The notes under the pieces were generated by a model. It was not told the origin of the DNA. It saw only the letters and a list, made by a program, of their open reading frames with translations, and ran no database searches. Source: a virus (taxonomy: Duplodnaviria > Heunggongvirae > Uroviricota > Caudoviricetes). Taken from it: a DNA stretch of 8,825 bases. Positions 1 to 7,806 of this stretch are shown here, in pieces. The position numbers were made by a program, and so were the translations under genes. The DNA lies in the IMG/VR virus record IMGVR_UViG_2693429621_000011; one strand, written 5' to 3'. How positions within the stretch are numbered: position 1 is the stretch's first letter; each line of letters starts with the position of its first letter.

Positions 1-12
1 CCCCGAAAAAGA

Positions 13-66
13 GCCAGTCAGTTGCTTAACTGACTGGCATTACGGCACATTGTCGGCGTTTTTTTT
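13..66 (+). terminator. Putative rho-independent terminator of the upstream gene: 11-bp perfect stem GCCAGTCAGTT/AACTGACTGGC (13-23 / 28-38), a second short GC segment, then an 8-T run at 59-66
   Basis: Inverted repeat and T-tract read directly from the sequence; lies just upstream of ycaL. Confidence 0.4.
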
Positions 67-164
67 CGGACCTTGTGAGTCATTTTGATTAATGGTAGCG
101 TCGCTTGTCAATGTAAGTTGTTGATACATAATATTTATATATGATTAATCAACGGATGATTCAC

Positions 165-929
165 ATGAAGAATACTAAATTACTGCTGGCGATTGCGACC
201 TCTGCAGCATTACTGACAGGGTGTCAAAATACCCACGGTATTGATACCAATATGGCTATCAGCTCCGGTTTAAATGCCTATAAAGCAGCAACATTAAGCG
301 ATGCCGATGCAAAAGCGATTGCCAATCAGGGCTGTGCCGAAATGGACAGCGGCAATCAAGTCGCAAGTAAATCCAGCAAGTACGGTAAACGTCTGGCAAA
401 AATCGCCAAAGCATTGGGTAACAATATTAATGGCACGCCGGTCAACTATAAGGTTTATATGACCAGCGACGTCAACGCATGGGCGATGGCGAACGGCTGT
501 GTCCGTGTCTACAGTGGCCTGATGGACATGATGAATGACAACGAAATTGAAGGTGTTCTGGGCCATGAACTGGGCCACGTCGCGTTGGGTCACTCGCTGG
601 CTGAAATGAAAGCTTCTTATGCGATCGTTGCCGCACGCGATGCCATTTCAGCTACCAGCGGTGTGGCTTCCCAGCTTTCCCGCTCACAATTGGGTGATAT
701 CGCAGAAGGCGCTATTAATGCTAAATACTCCCGTGATAAAGAGTCCGAAGCAGATGATTTCTCCTTTGATCTGTTGAAGAAACGTGGCATCAGCACCCAG
801 GGGCTGGTTGGCAGCTTTGAAAAACTGGCTAGTCTGGATGGCGGTCGCACCCAGTCCATGTTTGACTCTCACCCACCATCAACAGAGCGTGCGCAACACA
901 TCCGTGATCGTATCGCCTCTGGTAAGTAA
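165..929 (+). CDS. ycaL: M48-family zinc metalloprotease lipoprotein YcaL (254 aa)
   Basis: ORF 141..929; likely start is the internal ATG at 165 (MKNTKLLLAIATSAALLTGCQN = lipoprotein signal with lipobox LTGC); HExxH zinc motif GHELGHVALGH; position immediately upstream of cmk-rpsA as in E. coli. Confidence 0.85.
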   Translation: MKNTKLLLAIATSAALLTGCQNTHGIDTNMAISSGLNAYKAATLSDADAKAIANQGCAEMDSGNQVASKSSKYGKRLAKIAKALGNNINGTPVNYKVYMTSDVNAWAMANGCVRVYSGLMDMMNDNEIEGVLGHELGHVALGHSLAEMKASYAIVAARDAISATSGVASQLSRSQLGDIAEGAINAKYSRDKESEADDFSFDLLKKRGISTQGLVGSFEKLASLDGGRTQSMFDSHPPSTERAQHIRDRIASGK

Positions 930-945
930 ATCATTGTCATCTTTC

Positions 946-966
946 GGGCTGGTCTTCTGCCAGCCC
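946..966 (+). terminator. Possible ycaL terminator hairpin GGGCTGG-tcttctg-CCAGCCC (no strong T-tract)
   Basis: 7-bp GC-rich inverted repeat 17 bp after the ycaL stop. Confidence 0.3.
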
Positions 967-1101
967 GCTATAATTGCGCAATAAATCCCCATCTGAATAC
1001 AGACAAAACTGGTTTTTGCACACAACGTTAACGATTTGTGGCGTCGGCGCGTATAATGCGCGCGGTTATGTTAACGGTACGCCTGTTTTAAGGAGATAAA
1101 G

Positions 1102-1785
1102 ATGACGGCAATTGCCCCGGTTATTACCATTGATGGCCCAAGCGGTGCAGGGAAAGGCACCTTGTGTAAGGCTATGGCGGAAGCATTGCAATGGCATCTG
1201 CTGGATTCGGGTGCAATTTATCGCGTACTGGCGTTGGCGGCATTACATCACCATGTTGATGTTGCGTCAGAAGATGCGCTGGTACCGCTGGCATCCCATC
1301 TGGATGTACGTTTTGTGTCAACCAATGGCAATCTGGAAGTGATCCTCGAAGGGGAAGATGTCAGCGGCGAAATTCGTACTCAGGAAGTGGCGAATGCAGC
1401 TTCACAAGTCGCGGCATTCCCACGCGTTCGTGAAGCATTATTGCGTCGCCAACGCGCGTTTCGCGAATTACCAGGCCTGATTGCCGATGGCCGCGACATG
1501 GGAACGGTGGTATTCCCTGATGCGCCAGTGAAAATTTTCCTTGACGCCTCCTCGGAAGAACGTGCGCATCGCCGCATGCTACAGTTGCAGGAGAAGGGCT
1601 TTAGTGTTAACTTTGAGCGCCTTTTGGCCGAGATCAAAGAACGCGACGACCGCGATCGTAACCGAGCGGTAGCGCCACTGGTTCCGGCATCCGATGCTTT
1701 AGTGTTGGATTCCACCACCTTAAGCATTGAGCAAGTGATTGAAAAAGCGCTACAATACGCGCGCCAGAAATTGGCTCTCGCATAA
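1102..1785 (+). CDS. cmk: Cytidylate kinase (CMP kinase), 227 aa
   Basis: P-loop GPSGAGKGT near N-terminus; length and context (upstream of rpsA) match E. coli cmk; SD AAGGAG 6 nt upstream of ATG. Confidence 0.95.
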   Translation: MTAIAPVITIDGPSGAGKGTLCKAMAEALQWHLLDSGAIYRVLALAALHHHVDVASEDALVPLASHLDVRFVSTNGNLEVILEGEDVSGEIRTQEVANAASQVAAFPRVREALLRRQRAFRELPGLIADGRDMGTVVFPDAPVKIFLDASSEERAHRRMLQLQEKGFSVNFERLLAEIKERDDRDRNRAVAPLVPASDALVLDSTTLSIEQVIEKALQYARQKLALA

Positions 1786-1895
1786 GCGACCGAATTTGCA
1801 GTACCCCCGTTGCAATGGAATGACAGCGGGTATGTTAAACAACCCCATCCGGCATGGAGCCAGGTGGACGTTAAATATAAACCTGAAGATTAAAC

Positions 1896-3569
1896 ATGAC
1901 TGAATCTTTTGCTCAACTCTTTGAAGAGTCCTTAAAAGAAATCGAAACCCGCCCGGGTTCTATCGTTCGTGGCGTTGTTGTTGCTATCGACAAAGACGTA
2001 GTACTGGTTGACGCTGGTCTGAAATCTGAGTCCGCCATCCCGGCTGAGCAGTTCAAAAACGCCCAGGGCGAGCTGGAAATCCAGGTAGGTGACGAAGTTG
2101 ACGTTGCTCTGGACGCAGTAGAAGACGGCTTCGGTGAAACTCTGCTGTCCCGTGAGAAAGCTAAACGTCACGAAGCCTGGATCACGCTGGAAAAAGCTTA
2201 CGAAGATGCTGAAACTGTTACCGGTGTTATCAACGGCAAAGTTAAGGGCGGCTTCACTGTTGAGCTGAACGGTATTCGTGCGTTCCTGCCAGGTTCTCTG
2301 GTAGACGTTCGTCCGGTGCGTGACACTCTGCACCTGGAAGGCAAAGAGCTTGAATTTAAAGTAATCAAGCTGGATCAGAAGCGCAACAACGTTGTTGTTT
2401 CTCGTCGTGCCGTTATCGAATCCGAAAACAGCGCAGAGCGCGATCAGCTGCTGGAAAACCTGCAGGAAGGCATGGAAGTTAAAGGTATCGTTAAGAACCT
2501 CACTGACTACGGTGCATTCGTTGATCTGGGCGGCGTTGACGGCCTGCTGCACATCACTGACATGGCCTGGAAACGCGTTAAGCATCCGAGCGAAATCGTC
2601 AACGTGGGCGACGAAATCACTGTTAAAGTGCTGAAGTTCGACCGCGAACGTACCCGTGTATCCCTGGGCCTGAAACAGCTGGGCGAAGATCCGTGGGTAG
2701 CTATCGCTAAACGTTATCCGGAAGGTACCAAACTGACTGGTCGCGTGACCAACCTGACTGACTACGGCTGCTTCGTTGAAATCGAAGAAGGCGTTGAAGG
2801 TCTGGTACACGTTTCCGAAATGGATTGGACCAACAAAAACATCCACCCGTCCAAAGTTGTTAACGTTGGCGATGTAGTGGAAGTTATGGTTCTGGATATC
2901 GACGAAGAACGTCGTCGTATCTCCCTGGGTCTGAAACAGTGCAAAGCTAACCCGTGGCAGCAGTTCGCGGAAACCCACAACAAGGGCGACCGTGTTGAAG
3001 GTAAAATCAAGTCTATCACTGACTTCGGTATCTTCATCGGCCTGGACGGCGGCATCGACGGCCTGGTTCACCTGTCTGACATCTCCTGGAACGTTGCAGG
3101 CGAAGAAGCAGTTCGTGAATACAAAAAAGGCGACGAAATCGCTGCAGTTGTTCTGCAGGTTGACGCAGAACGTGAACGTATCTCCCTGGGCGTTAAACAG
3201 CTCGCAGAAGATCCGTTCAACAACTGGGTTGCTCTGAACAAGAAAGGCGCTATCGTAACCGGTAAAGTAACTGCAGTTGACGCTAAAGGCGCAACCGTAG
3301 AACTGGCTGACGGCGTTGAAGGTTACCTGCGTGCTTCTGAAGCATCTCGTGACCGCGTTGAAGACGCTACCTTGGTTCTGAGCGTTGGCGACGAAGTTGA
3401 AGCTAAATTCACCGGCGTTGATCGTAAAAACCGCGCAATCAGCCTGTCTGTTCGTGCGAAAGACGAAGCTGACGAGAAAGATGCAATCGCAACTGTTAAC
3501 AAACAGGAAGATGCAAACTTCTCCAACAACGCAATGGCTGAAGCTTTCAAAGCAGCTAAAGGCGAGTAA
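1896..3569 (+). CDS. rpsA: 30S ribosomal protein S1, 557 aa
   Basis: Repeated S1-domain modules (GxV..G.V...TD.G.FV.L..GV.GL.H.S..), highly biased codon usage, acidic C-terminus; canonical position between cmk and ihfB. Confidence 0.97.
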
Positions 3570-3579
3570 TTCTCTGACT

Positions 3580-3613
3580 CTTCGGGATTTTTATTCCGAA
3601 GTTTGTTGAGTTT
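3580..3613 (+). terminator. Weak rpsA terminator/attenuator: stem CTTCGG/CCGAAG with 10-nt loop followed by TTTGTTGAGTTT
   Basis: Inverted repeat 3580-3585/3596-3601 directly after the rpsA stop codon. Confidence 0.35.
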
Positions 3614-3615
3614 AC

Positions 3616-3644
3616 TTGACAGATTGCAGGTTTCGTCCTGTAAT
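3616..3644 (+). promoter_or_regulatory. Sigma70-type promoter for ihfB: -35 TTGACA (3616-3621), 17-bp spacer, -10 TGTAAT (3639-3644); GC hairpin GGGCGGC/GCCGCCC follows in the leader
   Basis: Near-consensus hexamers with ideal spacing ~85 bp upstream of the ihfB ATG. Confidence 0.5.
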
Positions 3645-3728
3645 CAAGCACTAAGGGCGGCTACGGCCGCCCTTAATCAATGCAGCAACAGCAGCCGCTT
3701 AATTTGCCTTTAAGGAACCGGAGGAATC

Positions 3729-4013
3729 ATGACCAAGTCAGAATTGATAGAAAGACTTGCCACCCAGCAATCGCACATTCCCGCCAAGACGGTTGAAGAT
3801 GCAGTAAAAGAGATGCTGGAGCATATGGCCTCGACTCTTGCGCAGGGCGAGCGTATTGAAATCCGCGGTTTCGGCAGTTTCTCTTTGCACTACCGCGCAC
3901 CACGTACCGGACGTAATCCGAAGACTGGCGATAAAGTAGAACTGGAAGGAAAATACGTTCCTCACTTTAAACCTGGTAAAGAACTGCGCGATCGCGCCAA
4001 TATTTACGGTTAA
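3729..4013 (+). CDS. ihfB: Integration host factor subunit beta, 94 aa
   Basis: HU/IHF family sequence ([11 protein letters not shown]...[14 protein letters not shown]...), SD GGAGG 5 nt upstream; conserved position after rpsA. Confidence 0.95.
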
Positions 4014-4040
4014 GTTTTTACTCAAACTTGAACGCGAGAA

Positions 4041-4064
4041 AAGCACCTGTCGGGTGCTTTTTTC
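4041..4064 (+). terminator. Rho-independent terminator of ihfB: stem GCACC/GGTGC (4043-4047 / 4053-4057) flanked by A/T extension, then TTTTTT
   Basis: Hairpin plus T-run 27 bp after the ihfB stop. Confidence 0.6.
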
Positions 4065-4219
4065 ATTTCTCTAATCAGGAACTGGAAGCTGCCTCGCAGA
4101 GTTTTGAGCAGTTTTCACCCTCTCGTTAAATTCTTCTGAATGTGCCTCGGGGAACGCAAAATTCCCACCAGACAACCGCTCAACAAAGTTGCACACTTTC
4201 CATAAACAGGGAGGAGTGC

Positions 4220-5335
4220 ATGAAAATAACGACAGTCGACGTATGCATAATTTGCGGAATTTTTCCGTTGCTGATTTTGCCCCAATTGCCTGGGACATTA
4301 GCCCTTGCGTTTCTGACTCTCTTCGCCTGCGTACTGGCATTTATACCTGTTAAAACCGTCCGTTATATCGCGCTGACGTTGCTGTTTTTCGTTTGGGGCA
4401 TATTATCAGCAAAGCAAATTTTGTGGGCAGGAGAAACCTTAACTGGCGCGACGCAGGATGCAATTGTTGAGATCACTGCTACTGACGGCATGACCACTCA
4501 TTACGGTCAAATTACTTATCTACAAGGTCGACGTATATTCCCTGCGCCAGGCCTTGTGCTGTATGGCGAATATCTTCCGCAAGCGGTTTGTGCCGGACAA
4601 CTGTGGTCAATGAAACTCAAAGTTCGTGCCGTTCATGGTCAACTTAATGATGGCGGCTTTGATAGCCAGCGTTATGCCATTGCCCAGCATCAGCCGCTCA
4701 CCGGCCGCTTTCTGCAGGCAAGTCTTATTGAACCGAATTGTAGCCTGCGTGCACAGTATCTGGCGTCACTACAAACAACGCTGCAACCCTATCCGTGGAA
4801 TGCGGTTATTCTTGGTTTAGGTATGGGGGAACGGTTATCCGTCCCCAAAGAAATCAAAAATATCATGCGCGATACTGGAACGGCGCATTTAATGGCGATA
4901 TCGGGATTGCACATCGCTTTTGCGGTGTTGCTGGCTGCCGGACTCATTCGCAGTGGACAAATTTTTCTGCCTGGGCGCTGGATCCACTGGCAAATACCAT
5001 TAATTGGTGGGATCTGCTGTGCTGCTTTTTATGCCTGGTTGACGGGAATGCAACCTCCTGCATTGCGTACCGTGGTGGCGCTTGCTACGTGGGGAATGCT
5101 TAAGTTAAGTGGGCGACAGTGGAGTGGCTGGGATGTATGGATATGTTGTCTGGCGGCAATTTTGCTGATGGATCCTGTTGCCATTCTCTCGCAAAGTTTA
5201 TGGCTCTCTGCCGCTGCGGTCGCGGCACTGATTTTTTGGTATCAGTGGTTTCCCTGTCCTGAGTGGCAACTTGAGATAGCCGCAGAAGTCCACCAGCGAA
5301 TCGCCCTCGCGTTTTATCACCAGAGCTTCTTCTGA
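4220..5335 (+). CDS. ycaI: ComEC-family inner-membrane protein YcaI, N-terminal ~370 codons only; reading frame ends prematurely where foreign DNA begins (probable disrupted gene or pseudogene fragment)
   Basis: ORF 4142..5335; likely start is ATG 4220 with SD GGGAGGAG upstream (MKITTVDVCIICGIFPLLIL...); multiple hydrophobic helices; full-length E. coli YcaI is about twice this length; its last ~20 codons overlap the 3' end of the opposite-strand primase-like gene. Confidence 0.7.
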   Translation: MKITTVDVCIICGIFPLLILPQLPGTLALAFLTLFACVLAFIPVKTVRYIALTLLFFVWGILSAKQILWAGETLTGATQDAIVEITATDGMTTHYGQITYLQGRRIFPAPGLVLYGEYLPQAVCAGQLWSMKLKVRAVHGQLNDGGFDSQRYAIAQHQPLTGRFLQASLIEPNCSLRAQYLASLQTTLQPYPWNAVILGLGMGERLSVPKEIKNIMRDTGTAHLMAISGLHIAFAVLLAAGLIRSGQIFLPGRWIHWQIPLIGGICCAAFYAWLTGMQPPALRTVVALATWGMLKLSGRQWSGWDVWICCLAAILLMDPVAILSQSLWLSAAAVAALIFWYQWFPCPEWQLEIAAEVHQRIALAFYHQSFF

Positions 5336-6793
5336 TTTCTGCTGCTCATACAGCAGGCGTTTAGCTTCGTCCTGGTCAGAAAAACGAGTAAGCAGGTGGC
5401 GAATCACAACCGCCAGCTCTCCTTCTATTTTTTCTGCCAGCATGGGGTCGCGTTCGTTCTCCGGTACAACTTCCGAAAAATTGAATATCACCCGACGACG
5501 TGAGATCCCCCCGCTGCGGTCACTGAATGACATGGCGTTATTGTTAACCGCCAGCACTACTGCCGGAATACGCGTTGAGTAGGGGGCTTTGTGTTTCGGG
5601 TCAATTGCCACCTTGTCACCGCCTGTAATGGCCTTAATCCCTGCCCCATCACCAGCGTAGCGGGTCATATCCGGCATGATAATCAGCGAAAAGCCAACCA
5701 CTAACGCGCGTTCCCTTGCATCTTCCAGCGCCTTCATGCTTGCCGATACTGTGTTGGCCTTACCCGCCAGCATGGTGCAAATCTCCGCCATCACGCTTTT
5801 ACCACTTCCCCCTGGACCTGTTACCTCAATGAATAACTGCCAGTCGTACCGGTTCGCCAGCACCATGAATAATACAGCCAGTACGCGATCCGCCTTGCGG
5901 TCATTCTCAGCCACCGAACGGCGTAACCACTTCCAGAAATTCGGCGCATGTGTTGCCAGCGTTTCCCCCTCTGCTGGTGGGCTGAAAGGTAATTCACTGG
6001 CAATTAACAACCAGTCGTTTTTGTTATGCTCCCGAAAATTACCTGTTCTGGTATCAAATACCCCGTTACTGAATCCAATCAGGTTACGGGCTGTATTCCC
6101 CATTACAGGCAAACTTAACTTCATGGTATCGACCGCCGATTTAATGGCGTTCTGCGAATAGCTGATCTCCGCATCAATGAAAATCTGTGCCATAGCTCGC
6201 TGTAATTCTTTATCCTGTACTGGCTCCCATACAACGCCGTTGTAATGGTGAACAGTGTCAGAGTCAGCATGAATCGCCAGTTCACCGCCATAATGTGCCA
6301 GGAGAACTTCGCCGCGTTGACTTGCTCCCATCTGGTTAAGCGCCAGTGATGAAGCGTTATCGTCTTTTACCCGCTCTTTTTTCTTTACAGGCAGTTCAAC
6401 TACCTTTTTCTTTTCCGCCTGCTCTGCCCGTTCACGTTCCAGATATTCGCGCCAGTTCTCCCGTTTCTGGCTGTGCATTCCTTCAGGGTAATAATCAGCA
6501 TCCCTGACACCTGCCGCTGCCAGTTTCTGCCCGATGGTATTAACAAGCCCCGGACGCAATAACCCCGCCTGGTAGAGACGCACCCGATAGCGTCCGTCCG
6601 GTACGATTTGCAGCTTATCCAGTTCGGCAAGTTGTTGTTCTCCAAGCCAGACAGGAGGCACGCTGTCGCCAGCCAGTCGCCCGTCCTGTTCCTGCCACTG
6701 CTTCGCATGTGCCCACGCATCATTACCCGCAAAAATGATGACTTCCGTCATTTTGTCACGCGGCTGGTGTTTTAAATTTGGCGCTTTTTTCAT
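5198..6793 (-). CDS. Phage/plasmid primase-helicase-like replication protein (D5-N-like region plus P4-type primase C-terminal NTPase domain, Walker A GPGGSGKS), ~531 aa
   Basis: ORF 5198..6808; likely start is ATG at 6793-6791 (SD GGAGAG ~7 nt upstream) overlapping the stop of the upstream gene as ATGA; Walker A motif TGPGGSGKS and downstream hydrophobic strand LVVGFSLIIMPD typical of SF3/P4-alpha-type NTPases; the last ~27 codons read antisense through ycaI-derived sequence. Confidence 0.75.
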   Translation of the reverse strand: MKKAPNLKHQPRDKMTEVIIFAGNDAWAHAKQWQEQDGRLAGDSVPPVWLGEQQLAELDKLQIVPDGRYRVRLYQAGLLRPGLVNTIGQKLAAAGVRDADYYPEGMHSQKRENWREYLERERAEQAEKKKVVELPVKKKERVKDDNASSLALNQMGASQRGEVLLAHYGGELAIHADSDTVHHYNGVVWEPVQDKELQRAMAQIFIDAEISYSQNAIKSAVDTMKLSLPVMGNTARNLIGFSNGVFDTRTGNFREHNKNDWLLIASELPFSPPAEGETLATHAPNFWKWLRRSVAENDRKADRVLAVLFMVLANRYDWQLFIEVTGPGGSGKSVMAEICTMLAGKANTVSASMKALEDARERALVVGFSLIIMPDMTRYAGDGAGIKAITGGDKVAIDPKHKAPYSTRIPAVVLAVNNNAMSFSDRSGGISRRRVIFNFSEVVPENERDPMLAEKIEGELAVVIRHLLTRFSDQDEAKRLLYEQQKSEEALVIKREGDSLVDFCGYLKLPLRTGKPLIPKNQCRDRSGREP

Positions 6794-7089
6794 TTCTGCT
6801 CTCTCCACGCGGCAATCATGTTTTTCAGTTCCTGTAGTTTTTTATCAACATCCATACATGACACATGGTTATTTCTGGAAAGCGGGATTTCCCGCCTGAA
6901 TCTGCTAATAAAGATCTCCACGTTCAGCGAACTATGAAATGAATAGCCATCACGAATAAAATACACACGGTCAAACATCAGTTCTTTTACCGTTACTCTG
7001 TTACCGTTCTTATCCAGATAAATAGCGCCGGGGATAATTTTGGGGTGTGCATAACCGCTGGCAGTCAAGCCAGATAAATACGTTCTCAT
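6790..7089 (-). CDS. Hypothetical protein, 99 aa, second gene of the leftward operon
   Basis: ORF with ATG start 6 nt after the stop of the upstream 106-aa gene; its TGA stop overlaps the ATG of the primase-like gene (ATGA coupling); no recognisable motif. Confidence 0.55.
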   Translation of the reverse strand: MRTYLSGLTASGYAHPKIIPGAIYLDKNGNRVTVKELMFDRVYFIRDGYSFHSSLNVEIFISRFRREIPLSRNNHVSCMDVDKKLQELKNMIAAWREQK

Positions 7090-7095
7090 GATTAT

Positions 7096-7416
7096 TTATC
7101 TCAGATTTGAATCAGTATTCGCTTTCTCTATGGCATTTAATGCATCTGTGGCATTTTCAATGGTGCACCGTAACGAAATATCAAACTGCCCAAGCATTGC
7201 CAGTAACAAGCCAATATTACCCATGTCAATGCGCATAGCCTTTTCGTCATATTCCTCATTTTCTGACGCATGCCACATCAGGCTACCAATTGACGCAACA
7301 GCCATTGATATATTGTCAGTAGCCCCATCCGCAGCGGAATAAACCTTTTTAGCAATATCATGCTCACAGTTAAAATGCGGATTAATCAGGTACTGGTAAT
7401 TGGTCATGTCAGGCAT
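7096..7416 (-). CDS. Hypothetical protein, 106 aa, first long gene of the leftward operon
   Basis: ORF 7096..7458; best start is ATG 7416-7414 preceded by a perfect SD AGGAGG with 6-nt spacer; acidic small protein; no recognisable motif. Confidence 0.6.
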   Translation of the reverse strand: MPDMTNYQYLINPHFNCEHDIAKKVYSAADGATDNISMAVASIGSLMWHASENEEYDEKAMRIDMGNIGLLLAMLGQFDISLRCTIENATDALNAIEKANTDSNLR

Positions 7417-7606
7417 GGCACACCTCCTGACGAATACGGGCGGCGAATACAGCAACACAACCTGACGGGCAACGGTTACGCGCTTCGCGTTCCGTCCAGG
7501 CGGTTACGTGGATGATTTGAGATTCTCCGGCACTCAGGGCCAGAAAACGCCACACAAAGGCCGTTTGTGTGTGTACAAGGTGTGGTATATGATTTACGGC
7601 AACCAT
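7409..7606 (-). CDS. Candidate small leader ORF (65 aa) in the operon leader; ends 5 nt inside the start of the 106-aa gene
   Basis: ATG 7606-7604 preceded by SD GAGGAG with 5-nt spacer; stop TGA 7411-7409 overlaps the ATG at 7416-7414 of the next gene (ATGCCTGA); contains the hairpin at 7551-7571; an antisense ORF with SD-like sequence also exists, so the call is tentative. Confidence 0.3.
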   Translation of the reverse strand: MVAVNHIPHLVHTQTAFVWRFLALSAGESQIIHVTAWTEREARNRCPSGCVAVFAARIRQEVCHA

Positions 7607-7708
7607 AACGGCTCCTCGTTTACGTTGTTGGTTAGAAGCCCTGCGAGTGGTAACGACACTTGCGGGGCTTCGTCGTTTCAATTGCTGAATTGCATGTATC
7701 AGCACTTG

Positions 7709-7763
7709 TGGTATTCACATTACATTTAGGTGAATACCATTTCAAGTCTTTTTTGGTATTCAC
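7709..7763. promoter_or_regulatory. Candidate operator array / RNA switch: 10-bp motif TGGTATTCAC at 7709-7718 and 7754-7763 (direct) and its exact reverse complement GTGAATACCA at 7730-7739; overlaps a putative leftward promoter (-35 TTGAAA, 17-bp spacer, -10 TAATGT on the minus strand)
   Basis: Three exact 10-mers within 55 bp of the divergent intergenic region between the leftward replication operon and the rightward RHH gene. Confidence 0.5.
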
Positions 7764-7806
7764 TTTTGTATTACACTGCATCCCGTTATTAATGGGAGGT
7801 GCAAAC

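Noticed and set aside
294-984. Four short ORFs (294..593 -, 617..859 -, 684..872 -, 784..984 +) overlapping ycaL
   Set aside because: All lie inside or antisense to the ycaL coding frame, lack ribosome-binding sites and have low-complexity compositions.
1046-1065. GC-rich palindrome GGCGCG-TATAAT-GCGCGCGG upstream of cmk
   Set aside because: Most simply a -10 element of the cmk promoter flanked by self-complementary GCGC runs; I could not identify a matching -35, and nothing suggests a function beyond ordinary promoter structure.
1932-3071. 379-aa ORF on the minus strand
   Set aside because: Entirely antisense to rpsA, a highly expressed and unmistakable gene; no start context; this is the antisense-ORF artefact expected opposite a long codon-biased gene.
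5676-6161. 161-aa + strand ORF and a 60-aa minus-strand ORF inside the primase-like gene
   Set aside because: Overlap the conserved P-loop region of the primase-like gene in other frames or antisense; no start signals.
7508-7729. 73-aa + strand ORF in the divergent intergenic region, with internal ATG at 7589 preceded by AAGGTG
   Set aside because: The translation is not protein-like, it ends inside the operator repeats, and it is antisense to the better-supported minus-strand leader ORF; kept only as an alternative hypothesis.
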